NCBI GenBank assembly: GCA_030390025.1
Contig: CM059433.1
Coordinates: 20,028,001 to 20,092,000 of the forward strand
Direction of reading: 5' to 3'
DNA from: Squalus acanthias
Lineage: Eukaryota
Length of the DNA stretch: 64,000 bases
Under the pieces are notes generated by a model that was not told the DNA's origin, did no database searches, and saw only the letters and a program-made list of their open reading frames with translations. Positions 25,083 through 39,593 of this stretch are shown here, piece after piece. The position numbers and the translations under genes were made by a program. Positions within the stretch are counted from its first letter, which is position 1. Every line of letters begins with the position of its first letter.

Positions 25083-25935
25083 ATAAGGTGCTGTATAAAT
25101 GCAAGTCTTTTTGCTACAATATTGGAAACAGCAACTGCATTGGGCCTCGATATTAGAAGAATGAGAGGTGATCTCATTGAAACATATAAGATTCTGAGGG
25201 GGATTGACAGGATAGATGCTGAGGGGTTGTTCTGCCTGGCTGGAGAGTCTAGAACTTGAGGTCATAGTCTCAGGAGAAGGGGTCGGCACCAAGGGTTCTT
25301 CACCAGTCTCCGCTCTCTGTCCCTCCAGAGTCATGCGCACTGCTCCCGCTACCCTCTGGAGTCACAGGCTCACTTCCCCCCACCCGCCCCCCCTTCAACC
25401 CACAGCATAGCTTCACCCTGAACCTCAACACCTACTTGCAGCGTTCACTCTGATCCCCCATCCAGTATAACCACAACCTGAGCTTCTGCCGCAGACTGTA
25501 ACCTCCTTAGACACCCTGCACCAGCCTCAGTTCCTGTCAGCACTGCTGCTAGATATGCACCCATATAATTAAATGATCTGTGCGGGTTCTGTAAGTTGAC
25601 CTCAGTTACTGTGTCGGTTAAAAGAGCTGAACAGGTTTCTTATTCCAACCTTCTTGTCTTCTAATCTTTCCTTCTTGTAGCTCGTGTTTACATTTATCAT
25701 TTGCAATCTGCCAAATGAATTTTCATCTTTTGGAATCACTGCCAAGTATTCCTGTACAATTTAGTATCATCTGCCAAGTTGTGCCTTTTGAGTCGGTGCC
25801 TTCCATCACTGATGCAAAATTATGTGGTTTTAATTTCCATCTCAGTTCTAAATAAATTTATCACTGTTTTAAAACGATAAACCGGTGTTGTAATCTAAAG
25901 AAACAAAACAACTTACATTCATGGAGTGAATTATT

Positions 25936-26691
25936 AGCTCAGATATTGCTGAAAAAAATAACGGCATCTGAACAACGCACGCCATTATTAATGAGTAAAC
26001 GGGGCAGCAACTTGTAGCGAGGAAGAGATGACCCGTGAATTGCAAATCGCCATAAGTTGCTGGACGATTTACGCCACTCCGCCATTAACTTTGCGAAAAC
26101 GGCATTTTGCCCATAACCGCCCTGTGATTTTCATGACCCATTAAACTCGCAACTGAAAGTTAAGTCTAGTCATTAACAGCGTAAGTACACTTTTAATGAC
26201 TTGGTAATTGTTAATGACTGCCAATCAATCTCTCTTGCCCAGAAAGTGAACAATTAAAAGTGTGGAGTCCTATTACTTTGGGTTGTGAATTGTTGTTGGA
26301 GATTTTTAAAATGTCAAATTTTTAATTTTTAATTTTTTTTTTAGCTTTTCCTTTCTGTCTCTTTTTTTCTCTCTCTTAATCCAATCTTTCTTTTCCTTTA
26401 TTTTTCTTTCTATACCTGATTTGGCATGGAATTCACCCACTCCAATTCGCCCTCCCTCTCAGTCCTTCCTCTGTTTATTTCTCAATCCTTAAATCTCATT
26501 GGTTGAGGAAATACACTGTTTGTCCTGTTGTTCACCAAGTTCCGTGATGCCCTGTTGCCCTCACTGCACTGTTATCAGCTCGCACTTCCAGCAACTTTGT
26601 GGGCAAGTTAAATAAAAAACCTAAACATGCACGAACAAGTCTAACTAGCAGGGCACGCCGTGTGATGCCCCGTTCCAGCAATATCTGGGCC
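25936..26691. mobile_element. MITE, family of 60655-62187 (opposite orientation)
   Basis: gctcagatattgctg / cagcaatatctgggccc TIRs; pyrimidine-rich core complementary to 60860-61005. Confidence 0.75.
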
Positions 26692-27239
26692 CACATGTTC
26701 CTCAAACTGCCCCAGTACTTCACATCCAGTGAATTACTCTTCTAAGTGCAGCCAAATTAGCAATCTGCATACCATTAATTTATTTGCTTAATACATTACA
26801 TCGGCAAATATATTACACCACTAAATTGCCTACCCATATAGAACCATAGCATGGCACAGCACAGAAATGGGCCATTTCACCTATCAAGTTCACACGGTGT
26901 TTTTTTCCACGTGAGCCCCCAGTTTAATCTGATTCCTCCGCCTCCTCCACACCTTTTTAAAACTCTCCCTTTTCAAGCAAACATTTGATTCCCTTTTCAG
27001 AGAATTCACGGACTCTGCTTCAACAACAGTTTGTGGCAGAGAGCGTCACATTCTAACCATCCCGTGTGAAGAATTTTTGCCTAACATAATAAAATGAATC
27101 AGAAGGAAAGGAAATGGGGGTGCGGGGGGTGCGGCAGGGGGAGGGAACTTCTGAAACATCATTTGCACATAAATAAATAGATAAATAACACAAAGCTTCT
27201 AAAAGAATTCCTTATGCTGTCTCTCATTGATGAGATTAT

Positions 27240-28250
27240 GGGGTGAATTTTAACCCCCAAAAATGGGTGGGTTGAGGTCTGGTGAAATGTTAAAACTTTA
27301 AAAATATCAAACCTGCCTCCAACCCGCCTGCTTCCGGGTTTAACGGAGGCGGGACAAGGGGCGGGCAGCCTACCCGCTCCGAGGAGGCGGGTTGGCTATT
27401 TAAATATTTGAATGAGGCTGGCAGCCTCTGATTTATCCTGCTTTGCAGGTTTTACAGTGGCCGGCTGGGTTTCCCACACCTCGGGAAACCCAGCAGCTGA
27501 AGAGAGGCGAGGAAAAAAAAGATAGAACGACTTGCATTTATATAGCGCCTTTCACGACCATCGGACATCTCATAAGCGCTTTACAGCCAATGAAGTACTT
27601 TTTGAAGTGTAGTCACTGTTGTAATGTGGGAAACACAGCAGCCAATTTGCACACAGCAAGCTCCCACAAACAGCAATGTGATAACGACCAGATAATCTCT
27701 TTTTGTTACATGGATTGAGGGATAAATATTGGCCAGGACACCAGGGATAACTCCCCTGCTCTTCTTCGAAATAATGCCTTTGGATCTTTTACGTTCACCC
27801 GAGAGGGCAGACGGGGCCTCGGTTTAACGTCTCATCTGAAAGACGGCACCTCCGACAGTGCAGCACTCCCTCAGCACTGCACTGGAGTGTCAGCCTAGCT
27901 TTATGTGCACAAGTTCCTGGAGTGGGACTTGAACCCACAACCTTTTGACTCAGAGGCAAGTGTGCTACCCACTGAGCCACTGGCTGACACTGCAGGGAGA
28001 AGGTAAGTGCCTTCAGACCTCCTCCCCCACCCCCATCCCCCCTCGCTCCCAGTCCCAGCTGCAGGCTCCCTTTCTGTCAATCAGGCTGACTTCTGGGCAG
28101 GGATCCTAGCCGGAAAAAAAATGCACACTTTCGAGTCAAAACTCTACCACATGCGGGGAAACCGGGACTTCCGGGTTTCCCAACCGAAGCTCCGCCACCC
28201 CCCCCCCCCGCCCCTGCCTACGCAACCCGCCCCTAAAAAGATCAGGGCCA
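27240..28250. mobile_element. MITE interrupted by a SINE
   Basis: GGGGTGAATTTT left end, aagatcagggcc right end; probable TAT TSD. Confidence 0.65.
27525..27990 (-). mobile_element. Full-length tRNA-derived Deu-SINE (SacSINE1-like)
   Basis: A box tggctcagtgggtag, B box ggttcaagtcc, central domain, L2-like tail ggcgctatataaatgcaag. Confidence 0.85.
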
Positions 28251-29309
28251 TATCACAAAAGAAAGGAAGGGTGCCCCTTATTCCTACTTGTCAGATGAGA
28301 TGGAGCATTGAACTGCTTACTGCTCCCTGCTGAGACAGTCACTACAAAGGACACCAGCTCACTTTGGCTTTACTGATGGCACAGAAAGGTAATATGGAGA
28401 GTATGTAACAGGCAAGTAAAGAGCGGCATGAGTTGCAATGTGATGGCAAGAGCCATGTTCTGTTTTCTATCAGCAGTGGGCTTTGCTTTGGTTTTGAAAT
28501 GATTCCGTTGACTGCATGTGCGATAAGGTTCAAATATTAGATTTTATTTGAACAGATGGAACCTTTGTTACACGGCAGACTCTTAAACACTCTCTGATGG
28601 TTGTGCTCAAGTTGCCAAATGTGTTCACACTGAGAACATTGCACTCTGCAAAGTTTATAGCATAGTTACCAGCGAGTACAGTGACATCTGCAGTTTCTTT
28701 AATGCGCTGCTTTGTGGTGTGTCATTTCTTTCAGAAATGTTCTGATCTGTTGAATGCAGCGGGTATCCTTTCCTACAAGCTGCTAACATAGTCCTTCGAA
28801 GAAACAGCTGTAAACATCCGACAGTTAGATGAATTTCTACCGTAATTGCTGATTTACTCAACGTGCCACACTTCAGTAAAGTCACCTTCATTAATTCAAT
28901 CACTCCGTTTCTTCAGCAACGTTACATCAAACAATTTTACGTTTTGGTTCTTTATTCAGTCAACAGTCACTTACGCTCTCTGATGGCTTGAACCTATTTC
29001 CTCGCAATTTATTGTACAGTATCCCACTTTACTTGCTTAAAACCAAAGGTAATTCTCTTGAGTAAATGTTAAGTATCTTTCTTCTGATCACTGTGTGCTG
29101 AGCTCATATTTACAGGACTCCTTGGTGCCCTCCATTTCATTCAGCAAACTGTAGAAGTAACAACATTAGAAGAGGGCCCCCTTTGAGTGCACTTGCTCTA
29201 TAACACTGATGCCAATGGGACTTGACTGTCCACAGGCTTTTTCAGTCTCTACTTGATATTCTGAGAGTTGTAAAGGACACCCACTTTCAAACATGCACAT
29301 TAGAATCAT

Positions 29310-29945
29310 AGAATAATACAGCCAGGTCTCTGTTATTGCCACCATATCATAGTCCCAAGTGGCTACTTGTGCCTGCTGCTCACCTACCTTATTTACCACA
29401 CTCCGGGCATTTATCGACATGGGCTGGATTTTGATACTGGGGCGGGTTGGGGTCGTGTCATCCGCATTTCGTGTTATCCACCCGACTGCAATTGGATGTA
29501 GGAGATTGATGCAATTTTCACCTAATTGGGCAATTGAGTTCCAGCATGTGGGAACCCATGACCCAATTAATGTTTTCAGTCGGAAAGTCGCCTCTGATGA
29601 TGTCATCATTGCTGCTGCAGTGCAGGTCAGAGACTGCCTGGCCTTTGCTGTGAGAGGACCTGGATGCAAAATGAGCAGCAGCTCTAAGGAAAGAGAGAGA
29701 GAGAGATCTCCAGTCTTAAAGGCGGGACGGAGTCGGGACCAGCAGACACGATTTAATGAAAATTGCGTGGAGGTGGGATGGAGGCGGACTTGTGCCCACC
29801 CGCCAGTTTTTGCAATTTTAACCCCCCACACGCCTCCAAACCCGCCTCCACGGGTCAATGAAAATCCAGCCCATGCATTCTAAACCCATCTTAGTCTGCC
29901 TCGCATCTCCCCCTGTCTGATCCCTCCAATTTCGGAACCACTATT
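29310..29945 (-). mobile_element. CR1 ORF2 endonuclease N-terminal fragment split by a MITE
   Basis: CMSINARSVVNKVGE...YDMVAITETWL (APE motifs I-II). Confidence 0.75.
29421..29872. mobile_element. MITE (452 bp)
   Basis: Perfect 12-bp TIR GGGCTGGATTTT / AAAATCCAGCCC; AT duplicated. Confidence 0.85.
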
Positions 29946-30667
29946 CAAGTCAGTGAGAATGACAATGGGGAGAGATGTAAAATGGGCTGCCGATTTGCAA
30001 TGAGCCATTTTACACTATCGCACAAACTCAACATTAGTCGCATGGCTTAGAAATTCGATCATGCAGCGCTCGTGTTTTGGGTGCTAAATGGCTTCCTAAG
30101 CGTCCAATATGACAGACAGGAACTGCGCGCATATTTTCAGACTGAAGAGCGCCGCCCGCCATTTTGGATCGGGCTTTTCCGGTGGTGTCAGGAACTCATG
30201 CCAGAAGAATTTAAAAGAGGACGAGGCGGAGCAGCCAGGAAGACACCAGAGTGCAGCTGCCAGAAGAGGGGGGAGGAGAAGGTTTCCTGGCAGCTTCCAA
30301 GACTCATTCATCCTGCGCTAGTCCTCTGTGCTACCTTTATTCCAGCCAGGCCATCAAGTTACAGGCTGGCTACTGGGCGACAAGGGCAATCTCCTCCACA
30401 CATATCGCATGACTTCTGTCAGCAATCCGGCACATCTGCTTCTGTGTCTGACTAGGAGATGCTGGAAAGTGGCCTGAGGTGACTTTCCCAATCTTCCTCC
30501 CTTCTTACCAGGCCTCGCTGGAAGCAGGCACAGCATCATTAAAGAGTGTCGCATGGAACTAATGACTGAAATGTTAACAATTGCATGTCTGAAATAAAAA
30601 TCCATGCATGGTGGATTTTATAAGATGAAAATGATCAAAGTTTGTCTTACGAAGTTACAAATGGTTA

Positions 30668-31126
30668 ATAAGAACAAAAGAACATAGGAAATAGGAGCAG
30701 GAGTAGGCCATTTGGTCCCTCAAGCTTGCTCCACCATTCAATAAGATCATGGCTGATCTTCTACCTCATCTCCACGTTCCTGAACTATCTCCATATCCCT
30801 TGAATCCCCTAATAGCCAAAAATCTATCGATCTCTGTCTTGAATATACTCAACGACTGAGCCTCCACAGCCCTCTGGGGTAGAGAATTCCAAAGATTCAC
30901 CACCCTCTGAGTGAAGAAATTTCTCCTCATCTCAGTCCTAAATGGCTGACCCCTTATTCTGAGACTGTGACCCCTGGTTCTAGACTCCCCAGCCAGGGGA
31001 AACATCCTCCCTGCATCTACCCTGTCAAGCCCTGTAAGAATTTTGTATGTTTCAATGAGATCACCTCTCATTCTTCTAAACTCTGAGAATATAGGCCTAG
31101 TCTACTCAATCAATCCTCATAGGACA
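30668..31126 (-). mobile_element. Young CR1 3' fragment
   Basis: MRGDLIETYKILTGLDRVDAGRMFPL...NFFTQRVVNLWNSLP; tail repeats. Confidence 0.92.
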
Positions 31127-31545
31127 TAATGCTATGAAGAAAGCTATCACACCTTTTACACTTTTTTTTCTAAGGCTATGATCCAATCAATTTCTGAAAC
31201 ATTTTTATTCCTTAAACCAGAAGAACAGCCCAACAAGTATATCTGTTTGATCGTGGATTCAGACGGTTGTATCAGTTTATTTGTCAGTGGTGCTGGAAGA
31301 GTTAACATCACAAAGCATTTCACATGATATATTTTTAAAAATTCCACGAAGCCATTTTAGCCCCATCCACTCGGCGCAACATTAGGAGAACTTAAAAAAG
31401 ACTACACATCGTTTTATACAATAATCTCATCTTGCTTTGACAAGGGGCTCTGATCAGGTTTTCACTGGCTGTTTTGTTGACAGAATGACGTGGTTCGTGC
31501 GGCCTACTTGTACATGGAGTAAAGTTAAAATGAGCCAGAGACCTC

Positions 31546-32167
31546 AGCTCTGATATACACGGTGAGGCGGGGAGGGTGCGGGCGAGGCCGAAAACTGCCG
31601 GAGAATCCGACAAGGCTGGGAACGCAGAGGTCTTGCTGAACTTAGCGGCAGGACCTCATTAATATCTTACAGCTCCGTGTCCTCCCCATCAGCCGGTCAG
31701 ATGGACAGCCTAGCCGGTGGACGGGAAGGAACACCAGTGACAGGAGGCCACAGCCTGGGACTCTTGGTGCTGGTCCCCGCCAAGTGGGAGGTCGGAGAGG
31801 CTGCAATCAGGAGGTGGGGGAGAGAGCCTGCAATCGGGAGGGCTGAGGGGAGGCGGAAGGCTTGCTTGAGGGGCCGGGGGAAGCACTCCAGCTCCCTCTT
31901 GCCCACAAGAAGTGCTGAAACAGGCACTTACCTTGTGGAGCCGGCAGCTCCCGCCTCACTTTCACTGCCGGGTTTCCCGAGCCCTGGAAATCCCGTGCAG
32001 CAGCAGTGAATTTTAAATTGGGCTCCCAATTGCACTGTGGGAGCCCGAATTAAATATGTTAATGAAGTGTCCCGCCTCACCACGGTGGGACACTCAGGGG
32101 TCGCATTCTCCGTATTGAACTCCCCCCGGCCATCTCCCGCCCATTGTGGGGGTGGTTAATATCGAGA
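31546..32167. mobile_element. GC-rich MITE related to 62347-63081
   Basis: Shared ggaagcactcc...cttgcccacaa...gggtttccc blocks; gatat/atatc termini. Confidence 0.5.
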
Positions 32168-33196
32168 CTCTGATCTCTGTAGAAGAGTGTGCGAATTTGT
32201 GTGTTTTTTATTAGTCCAACAATTTCTGTGTCAAACATTAGATTTTGTTTTTTAAGTCAGTGCCAACATTTTGACTGTACAAATTGGTTGAATGTTACGC
32301 TTGTTAAATATATTCAGAAGGTTTCACAATTTGGAGTTTTTATGCTAGACATTTTCTCAGCTTCAACATCACCTTTCTCTTCCCAATATCGAAGTGTGCA
32401 ATAGCGAGAACAGGGGTCCTGACAGAGAGCCCTTACATGATAAACCATCTACTGCAGTGTGTCATATGTTTCTCCTCTCTTTTAAGAAAACAGACTGAAT
32501 ACGCACTCTTACCAGAGCAAGACTCAGGAGGGCGTATTTTTACTGTCGGATAGCTGGATTCCTGCGGCAGGAAACAAGGTCCATTTTGAGGGCCAGGCCT
32601 CACTAACGTACATCTGGTGAGCTGCACGCCCCAATATCGGACGGCCTGGAAACTGACCCAGGGGGAGGGGAGGGGAGGAGCTCAGGTGGCAGCACCCTAC
32701 GTTAATCTTGTGGAGCCCGGAGGAGCACTCCTACTTGTACTGACCCCACAAAAATCATTTTAACACTTACCTTTTCAGGCCTCTTCCCCTTGCCCACCAG
32801 GTTTCCATGACGTACGGTCCTACCAGTAAAATCGTATCGGGGTCCTACATACGTCTTAGGACCCTGATTTTCATAGAGTAATGAGGCTCCTGCCTGATTC
32901 AGGTGAGCGCCTGGGCTGCCCAGCAGAAGGCCCCTGAAAACATGGCGATGGAGTAGGAATGAGTAAGTTGACCACCTAGATTTTAACTCTGGTATCGCCC
33001 CATTTCCATCAGGGTGAGGGAGTTAAAATTTCCTCGTGGCTCTAAAGCAATAAAACTATAAGACAGGTGAATGAACAGGAAGCAAAATAAGGCAGTGAAT
33101 CATGTAGTTTTCGCACCTTGATATATAAAACAATAAAGACACAACTCGCTTTCTCTCGAAATAACAATTTTAAAACATTAACTTACCTCACTTACT

Positions 33197-33662
33197 GTTC
33201 GCCATGGCTCAGTGGGTAGCACCCTCGCCTCTGAGTCAGAAGGTTGTGGGTTCAGAGTCCCACTCCAGAGACTTGAGCACAAAAATCTAGGCTGACACTC
33301 CAGTGCAGTACGAGGGAGTGCTGCACTGTCAAAGGTACCATCTTTCAGATGAGATGTTAAACCAGGTCCCCGTCTGCTCTATCACGTGGACATAAAAATC
33401 CCATGGCACTATTTTGAAGAAGAGCAGGGGACTTATCCCTGGTGTCCTGGCCAATATTTATCCCTCAATTAACATCACTAAAACAGATTATCTGGTCATT
33501 ATCACATTGCTGTTTGTGGGAGCTTGCTGTGTGCAAATTGGCAGCTGCATTTGCTACATTACAACAATGACTACACTCCAAAAAGTACAAAATTGGCTGT
33601 AAAGCACTTTGGGATGTCTGGTGGTCGTGAAAGGCACTATATAAATGCAAGTCTTTCTTTCT
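33197..33662 (+). mobile_element. Full-length SacSINE1-like Deu-SINE
   Basis: Inverted homolog of 27525-27990; (tctt)n tail. Confidence 0.88.
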
Positions 33663-36600
33663 TTTCTCTTGCAACATGGAAGATTTCACAGCATCAAAAC
33701 TGGTGTGGTCTACTGCTTTCTGGCTGTAAAACTCACTCAAACTTAACACATGAAACTCAACATAATCCATAATTGGAGATTCCGGCTCCTGAGCCTCCAA
33801 TCTATAACTGACCCTATGCCCTTCTCAAAGGTCTCAGACACAGCTGTCAATCAAATCCATTACCCCTGCCTGGGCCTGATTCTTTTACCTGTGACAAAGT
33901 GGCTTGGGACCAAGAGATATGATCCAAACATCTTTGAAGATGTACTAAAAAAAGGCAATAGCTGACTGCAACTCTCATACTTACACTAGATTACACTGAC
34001 AAGGCTACATTTCTCTTGTCAGTATTGAATGGATGGGCATCCATTCACAATAACAAGGATCAGTACGATACAATGTGATGACTCTGGTTAATTAAACAAT
34101 TTAGACCTTGGACAGCCCATTGTGCTTTTCTTAGTAACTCACAGCCTATCTGGTGTCTGAGTTGATTGATTTTCTGTCGTGTGCCTCTGGGATTTTAACC
34201 CTTTACATGATGATTCTAGCCATAAAAAATCCAAGTCAAAAATTTAATTCAGATAAAAAGTACATTTTTGTTACAGAGCTGTGAGAAATAAGTAATGGGC
34301 CATAATTTGCTGCAGCAGAACATCTAACGGCATCTGCTGTTAGCTAGACTTCCCTTGCATGTTTAGGTTTCTAAATTTTTGCATGGCAAGTTGCTGAAAG
34401 TGTGAGCTGATAACGGTGTAGTGAGGGAAAGAGGGGACCCGATATTGACATGGGCGGGTTTTCCGAATGGTGGGGAGGAGTTTCGGTCTGCATGCTGTGG
34501 AGTTCTGACTCCACAGCATGTGTCTTTTTTCCCCGACAGGATCCCCACAAGCAAACCAGCCTGATTGACAGACTTGGCTCCCTGTCGGGCGGGGAATACT
34601 CCGGAGCAGGTTGCAGGAGCAGGTAGGGAACCTGCTAGGCTAGTGGGAGCGTGGGGGTTCTGATCCCGGGGTAGTCCAATCCCCAACCCGGCCGGGGGCA
34701 GGGGCGGGGTGTTGGGAAGATCTTTGGATGGGGGGGTATCCAATGGCGAGGAGGGGATCCGATGGCAGAGGGGGCAACCAATGGCAAGGAAGCTTGGGCG
34801 GCCAGGAGGAAGCACTCCTGCTCCTCCTGGCCCACAAGCAGTGTTGTAAAGGCACTTAACTTTTCCCCAAAACTGTCCTCACCTCCCTTGAACTGCCGGG
34901 TTTCCCGAGGCCTGGGAAACCCGGCCAGCCACGGTCAAACCCTGTTCTTTTATTCAAATGCTGGTCCTTCACAGTTGCTACTGTAGATGTTCTATCTGAT
35001 CTATCACAGTGCATCATGGGTATTGTAGTCCCACAGGAAAAGGGGAAAACTACAATTCTCATGATGCATCTCAGTCTCCCTCAAACACGCACCTATGTTT
35101 ACATCAGCTGTAAATCCCAGTTACCAGTTCCAGGTGAAATTTCCAACTCAAGTCCCAGAACCCAGACGGAAGTGCACACACATGCAGGAAAAACGTCTTG
35201 CGGGCATTTCTAACATAAAATAACAACATTTTGTGGGTATGTTTTATTTCCCAGATTGTGCAGTTTTTTTTAATGTATTGATTATGTTATAAATATCATG
35301 CCTAAATTACCTCACTGGTTATGACTGCCCTTTCAACTTAAGGTTCAGAATCATGCTGGAGTACAATATCACAGACATGAGCTGCCCTCTGCTATCTCGA
35401 CAACATTTTCCCCTGGAGGTGATGTCAGGTTTTGTAATGGCCATATGTGATAATGAGGATCTACTGATGGGAATAAGTCATGTAAAGTATTTCCTGTCAT
35501 ATACGCCCTGGCAATGCTGGGCACAGGAAGTCCTATGCTAAGGGTCTTAAGAGGGAGGGGTGTTTTTTTCACGTTGAGTTGCCCTAATGTAATGATCGAA
35601 GAGCATTAGAGAAGCAGGCATATTTCAAATTGCCCAACCCGTTAATGATTTTAATACGGTTCAGCTCGGAATGTGGGCCCACTCATGCTGCGGTAAGGTA
35701 AAGTAGCAAATTCCCTCTCCCCCAACTTGCGGTATGCACTCTAATGATGAGATAAATGGCCCTGGGACCTGCCTGAAATATTCAAATGCCTCTTGAAATG
35801 GTCAGAGGCTCAGGCTAGGTGTGGGGGCAGGTCCTGCCCTGCCAAAGATCCATCGCCATTGAGGCAATAAATTCAGCCCCATTAGTGAAGAAGAAAAATG
35901 GTAGTCAAACATTGTGAAGCAATTATTTAAGCGATTTGATTTGCCTGTTTTATTTAGTAGCTTTAAAAAACAATTAAGGGATGACATGAATCTCATTCAT
36001 ACTTTTTGATTACATTTAATCAATCCTGATATTTGATTGCTAATTTGATCGATAAGTGGTTATTTGAGCCAATCATGGATTTGTTTTCGTCTGAAGAACA
36101 TGTGACACTCGTGCAGTGGAAGGCCTCTGAGGCCACACTTTCAAGTGTGTCGCCTTTGAATGTTATGACATGACAGGTGTAAACTAGGCACAAGAATTAA
36201 AAGTTTTCAAGATGGCAATGGGTTAAAACATTGTCCTGAGTTCCATTCAACTCCAGATTGATGGCTGGAACTGACTCAAGGGGCTGAATGGCCGACTCCT
36301 GTTCCTAATAATAAAACAACTTTGGGCTCTCTCGGTCCAGGTTCAAATTGCATGAACGCACTGCACAAAACCGATCATATCTCAGCACTAATTAGCACTA
36401 AATTGACAGGCTCATTAAGAGAAGCAACAAAGAATGTCTGCTGTGAGAAATAAAAATATCTTATTTTCACAGTATGGGTTACTTCGCTGACACTGTAGGT
36501 AAGATGCATGGTTGGGACAATGTAGTGGGAATCAAATGCTAAATTGAACCCAGTTGCTGCAATCTCTGGCCTAGAAATGAATAATTCTGAGTGTGTGAGA

Positions 36601-37152
36601 ATCGTTAAAAAATAGATCTTCAATTCCCAATCTTTTACCTGATGAGAAAAATACATTTGCTGAAAGATGAAGCTCAAAATTTGGCTGTGCTTGTGAAGTA
36701 AACCGAGGGAATGACAAACAACACCAGCTGTAATTGTATACCTGAGAGGATCAAGGGCACTTTCGCCCACTTTCATGCTACATTTTTTACAATAGGGTGG
36801 CAGAGTTCATAGATGCGGCATCTGATTTTGTCAGTCAGGCTAAAATGGAATAAGGAAAGAAAAGTGGTAGGACCTAAGCACAAATGTTTGCTGTATACAA
36901 GTTAAGAATCAGCAGCGGGCTTCACATTTGTTCCAATGTCATGAAAGCTATCAAATGCATAAATTTGCCATAAACTGTTCTTACAACCTAGAGCAGGTAT
37001 CACATTTCTTTTAATGCTGTGTAAGCTATTTGAAAGTTATGACGGGTACTCACGTGCAATAGCATTTATCAGCAGTAGACTTCTCAATCCAAATTCATGT
37101 GGGTATTGGCAATAAAGGGACAAAGGAACAATACCATTGCCCATATCACTAT

Positions 37153-37813
37153 GGGGGAGAGATTGGGTTGCTTTGCGCCTCCCGTTGGCACCCCCGTTAG
37201 CGCCCGGGCGTGGCTCTGCTAACGCCTCCTGCGAAATTCAGCGGGAGGTTAGTGCCGGCGGTAGCCGGTAGCACCCCGCGGCGCTGCGCCGCTGGCGATG
37301 ACGTAATCGCCGTGCGCAGTGCCCTGCTCGCGCCCCGGCCGCAAACTTGGGTTGCGCTCCCTGACCTGTCACCGGACGATATGTCCGACAGGGTCAGGGT
37401 GGCGTTTTTACAACTGTGGCAGCGCTACTTAAAGGGCAGGTGTCGGGCGGCCATTTTTTTGGGGGCCGACTGCCAGCACCTGCCCCCTTTCCCTTTCTCC
37501 TTCGGGGTGCCGGACGCGATCGCTCAGCCCGGCACTCCTCTTGCGTGCCGGGTTGTTTTCCCGGCACCCCGCTCCCCGGTGGTCCAGCAGGGAGGGAGGC
37601 CTGCAATGACGCGGCGCTACGTGCCGACACGCATGGCGCTGTTGCACGTAGCGCTGCGAAATTCACTGGTAGCGCCCCAAGAAGGAGGAGGGAGCGCTTC
37701 CAGTAGCTTGGGGCACTACTACTGAATTTACGGCGCAGGGGCGCTAACTTTTTTGGGATTAGCGCCCCGGCGATGTTAGCGCCCCAAAGGGGTCGCCACC
37801 GAATTTTTCCCCC
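37153..37813 (+). mobile_element. CpG-rich MITE
   Basis: GGGGGAGAGATTGGGT / ACCGAATTTTTCCCCC; inverted relative at 41345-42029. Confidence 0.85.
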
Positions 37814-37904
37814 GATATGTTTACTTGGTTAAATGCTGTTACAACTGAGTTGAAGGATGAGGTTTCAAATAGCTGAATTGCTATATCTATGTTTTGCCTG
37901 AGAA

Positions 37905-38255
37905 GAAAAGTGGCAGTGAGCCATTCAGAGCAGAAAGATCCAAAGTTTTATTTTTGGGCTAAGCCTCGTTAGCTGTATGGATTTTATAATTGGATCCAGC
38001 ACCTCTGGGCTAAAAAAGGAGCGGGGGGGGAATCATTGATCAGTGTGTAGTGATGTGCTGGAAATTACGTGCGTGTGGAGGTAAAGATAGAATGGGGTTT
38101 GACTGTAACGCCCCTCTTCCGCACCCCCTGCTTACTATTACTGTCGAGGTTTGCAAACATAGGTTGGTCACTGGGATGAGTTAGCAGAAACTGGCTGGCA
38201 CCTGTGGAACTTTCCCTCAATGAGTGAACATTTTCAGGATAGAAGGGGAGCAAAC
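37905..38255 (+). mobile_element. Degenerate AmnSINE2-like SINE
   Basis: tgagccattcaga...aattggatccagcacctctgggcta...gcacctgtggaac; colinear with the 16300-17670 copy. Confidence 0.45.
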
Positions 38256-39593
38256 TGGGAAAACAAACTGTGCTTTGGTCCCATTTACTGGTTCACATGT
38301 TTGATTTCACATTGTAATTTGTCCAGTCGCTGAATAGAAGATTATAGTTTTTATTTGGTCTATATTGTAAACTAGGCATGCCCAACTGCTCTCTTAAGTT
38401 TCTCTAGCTCTGATGTGTAATATTTATCAAAAAAAACCAGAAACTTAAACCAAGAATATGCCAATTTTGAAAAAAGTAGCATCAGATTTCAGCATTGGAA
38501 GAGTTAAAATGATTTCTGTACTTATACTTGTTAAAGTGAACGGAGGCAACATCAACTCAAGTGTGATAAGGTCAAATACAATGAAGATTTTCCTGACAGT
38601 GTATGTTAACTTAAACCGCAGAGCGTAAGGCTTGCTCTATGAACTTGGCTTGTCTGAAACTTTGGGCCAACTGCCAAGATGCTTTCATTCTTCGTGAAAT
38701 TTGCCTCATCAGCTGCCATGGTTTCTGCAAACAGTCTATTGGGTTTAAGGGTGCACATCTTGATAGCATGCCGAGCTATCCTGAAACTTCTGTTAATCTC
38801 AGGATAGAACAGTTTTCGTGAGTATGGCGTTTGATGTGTTAACACTTTTGCCACATGGAGATTATTCCATGTGATTATATCCCCAAAACAATTCCCCTAC
38901 GGCAAAAATACCTCCCAGTAATCAGCAGGAGACAGAGTGAGAGCGACAAAGGAGACAAATAGATAAACTAGAGAGAGTTAAATAATGCAAAGAAGACAGG
39001 AAAGAGAGAGGTACAATGAGGAAACACATCCAACATGCTGTTCGGTGTATTGAAAACCTGAGATCAAATTTGTTAATGTCATGAACTATCCTATATCATA
39101 AATGTTAAAAGTTCTGCTTTAGCAGAAAAGTGAGAGAAAGGAGACAGAACGAGATGACAATTACGACTCACCAACAGCAAATTCTTCATTCAGAAGACAG
39201 CAGTTTTGTTCTTTATCTGCTGCGAGACCTGACAGAAGGTGTAATTTCAGCTGGGTGAATTGGATGACGTAAATGTTTCTCCCCTGCGATGGAATGTGTA
39301 GTCACATAGCGAACAGTTTGAGAGCGGGCTAAACTTTCCTATTGAGAGACAGATGGCCCTGGGACTTCAGCTTGTAACTTTTCAGGTTGTGGCTCAGGTA
39401 TCCAGTTGTTTTGGCTACGAGGTCAACAAGCAATGCATTTTTGTGCTTTAGATTTGTGTTTACTGGGAACAAAACAAGAGTCCTAATTTGATTTAAACTT
39501 GTGCTACCCATGAGGGAAATGGATAGGCTGATTTTGCATCAACTTAATGGATGTGAAAAAAAGAGTTTTAACCCAAGGTGGTGCAACCTGTTG

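Noticed and set aside
33197..33275. tRNA gene (also 27920-27990, 23565-23630, 55320-55390)
   Set aside because: A/B boxes are SINE heads; three continue into SINE bodies and the 23565 copy is a degenerate head
37210..37725. CpG-island gene with long GC-rich ORFs (also 41191-42138, 14581, 42768)
   Set aside because: Lie inside TIR-bounded MITEs; ORFs result from GC content
38639..38821. ORF with CQDAFILR resembling transposase CHDAFILR; minus-strand CTGATGA...GAAA at 38683-38712
   Set aside because: No other transposase motifs; no stem II pairing
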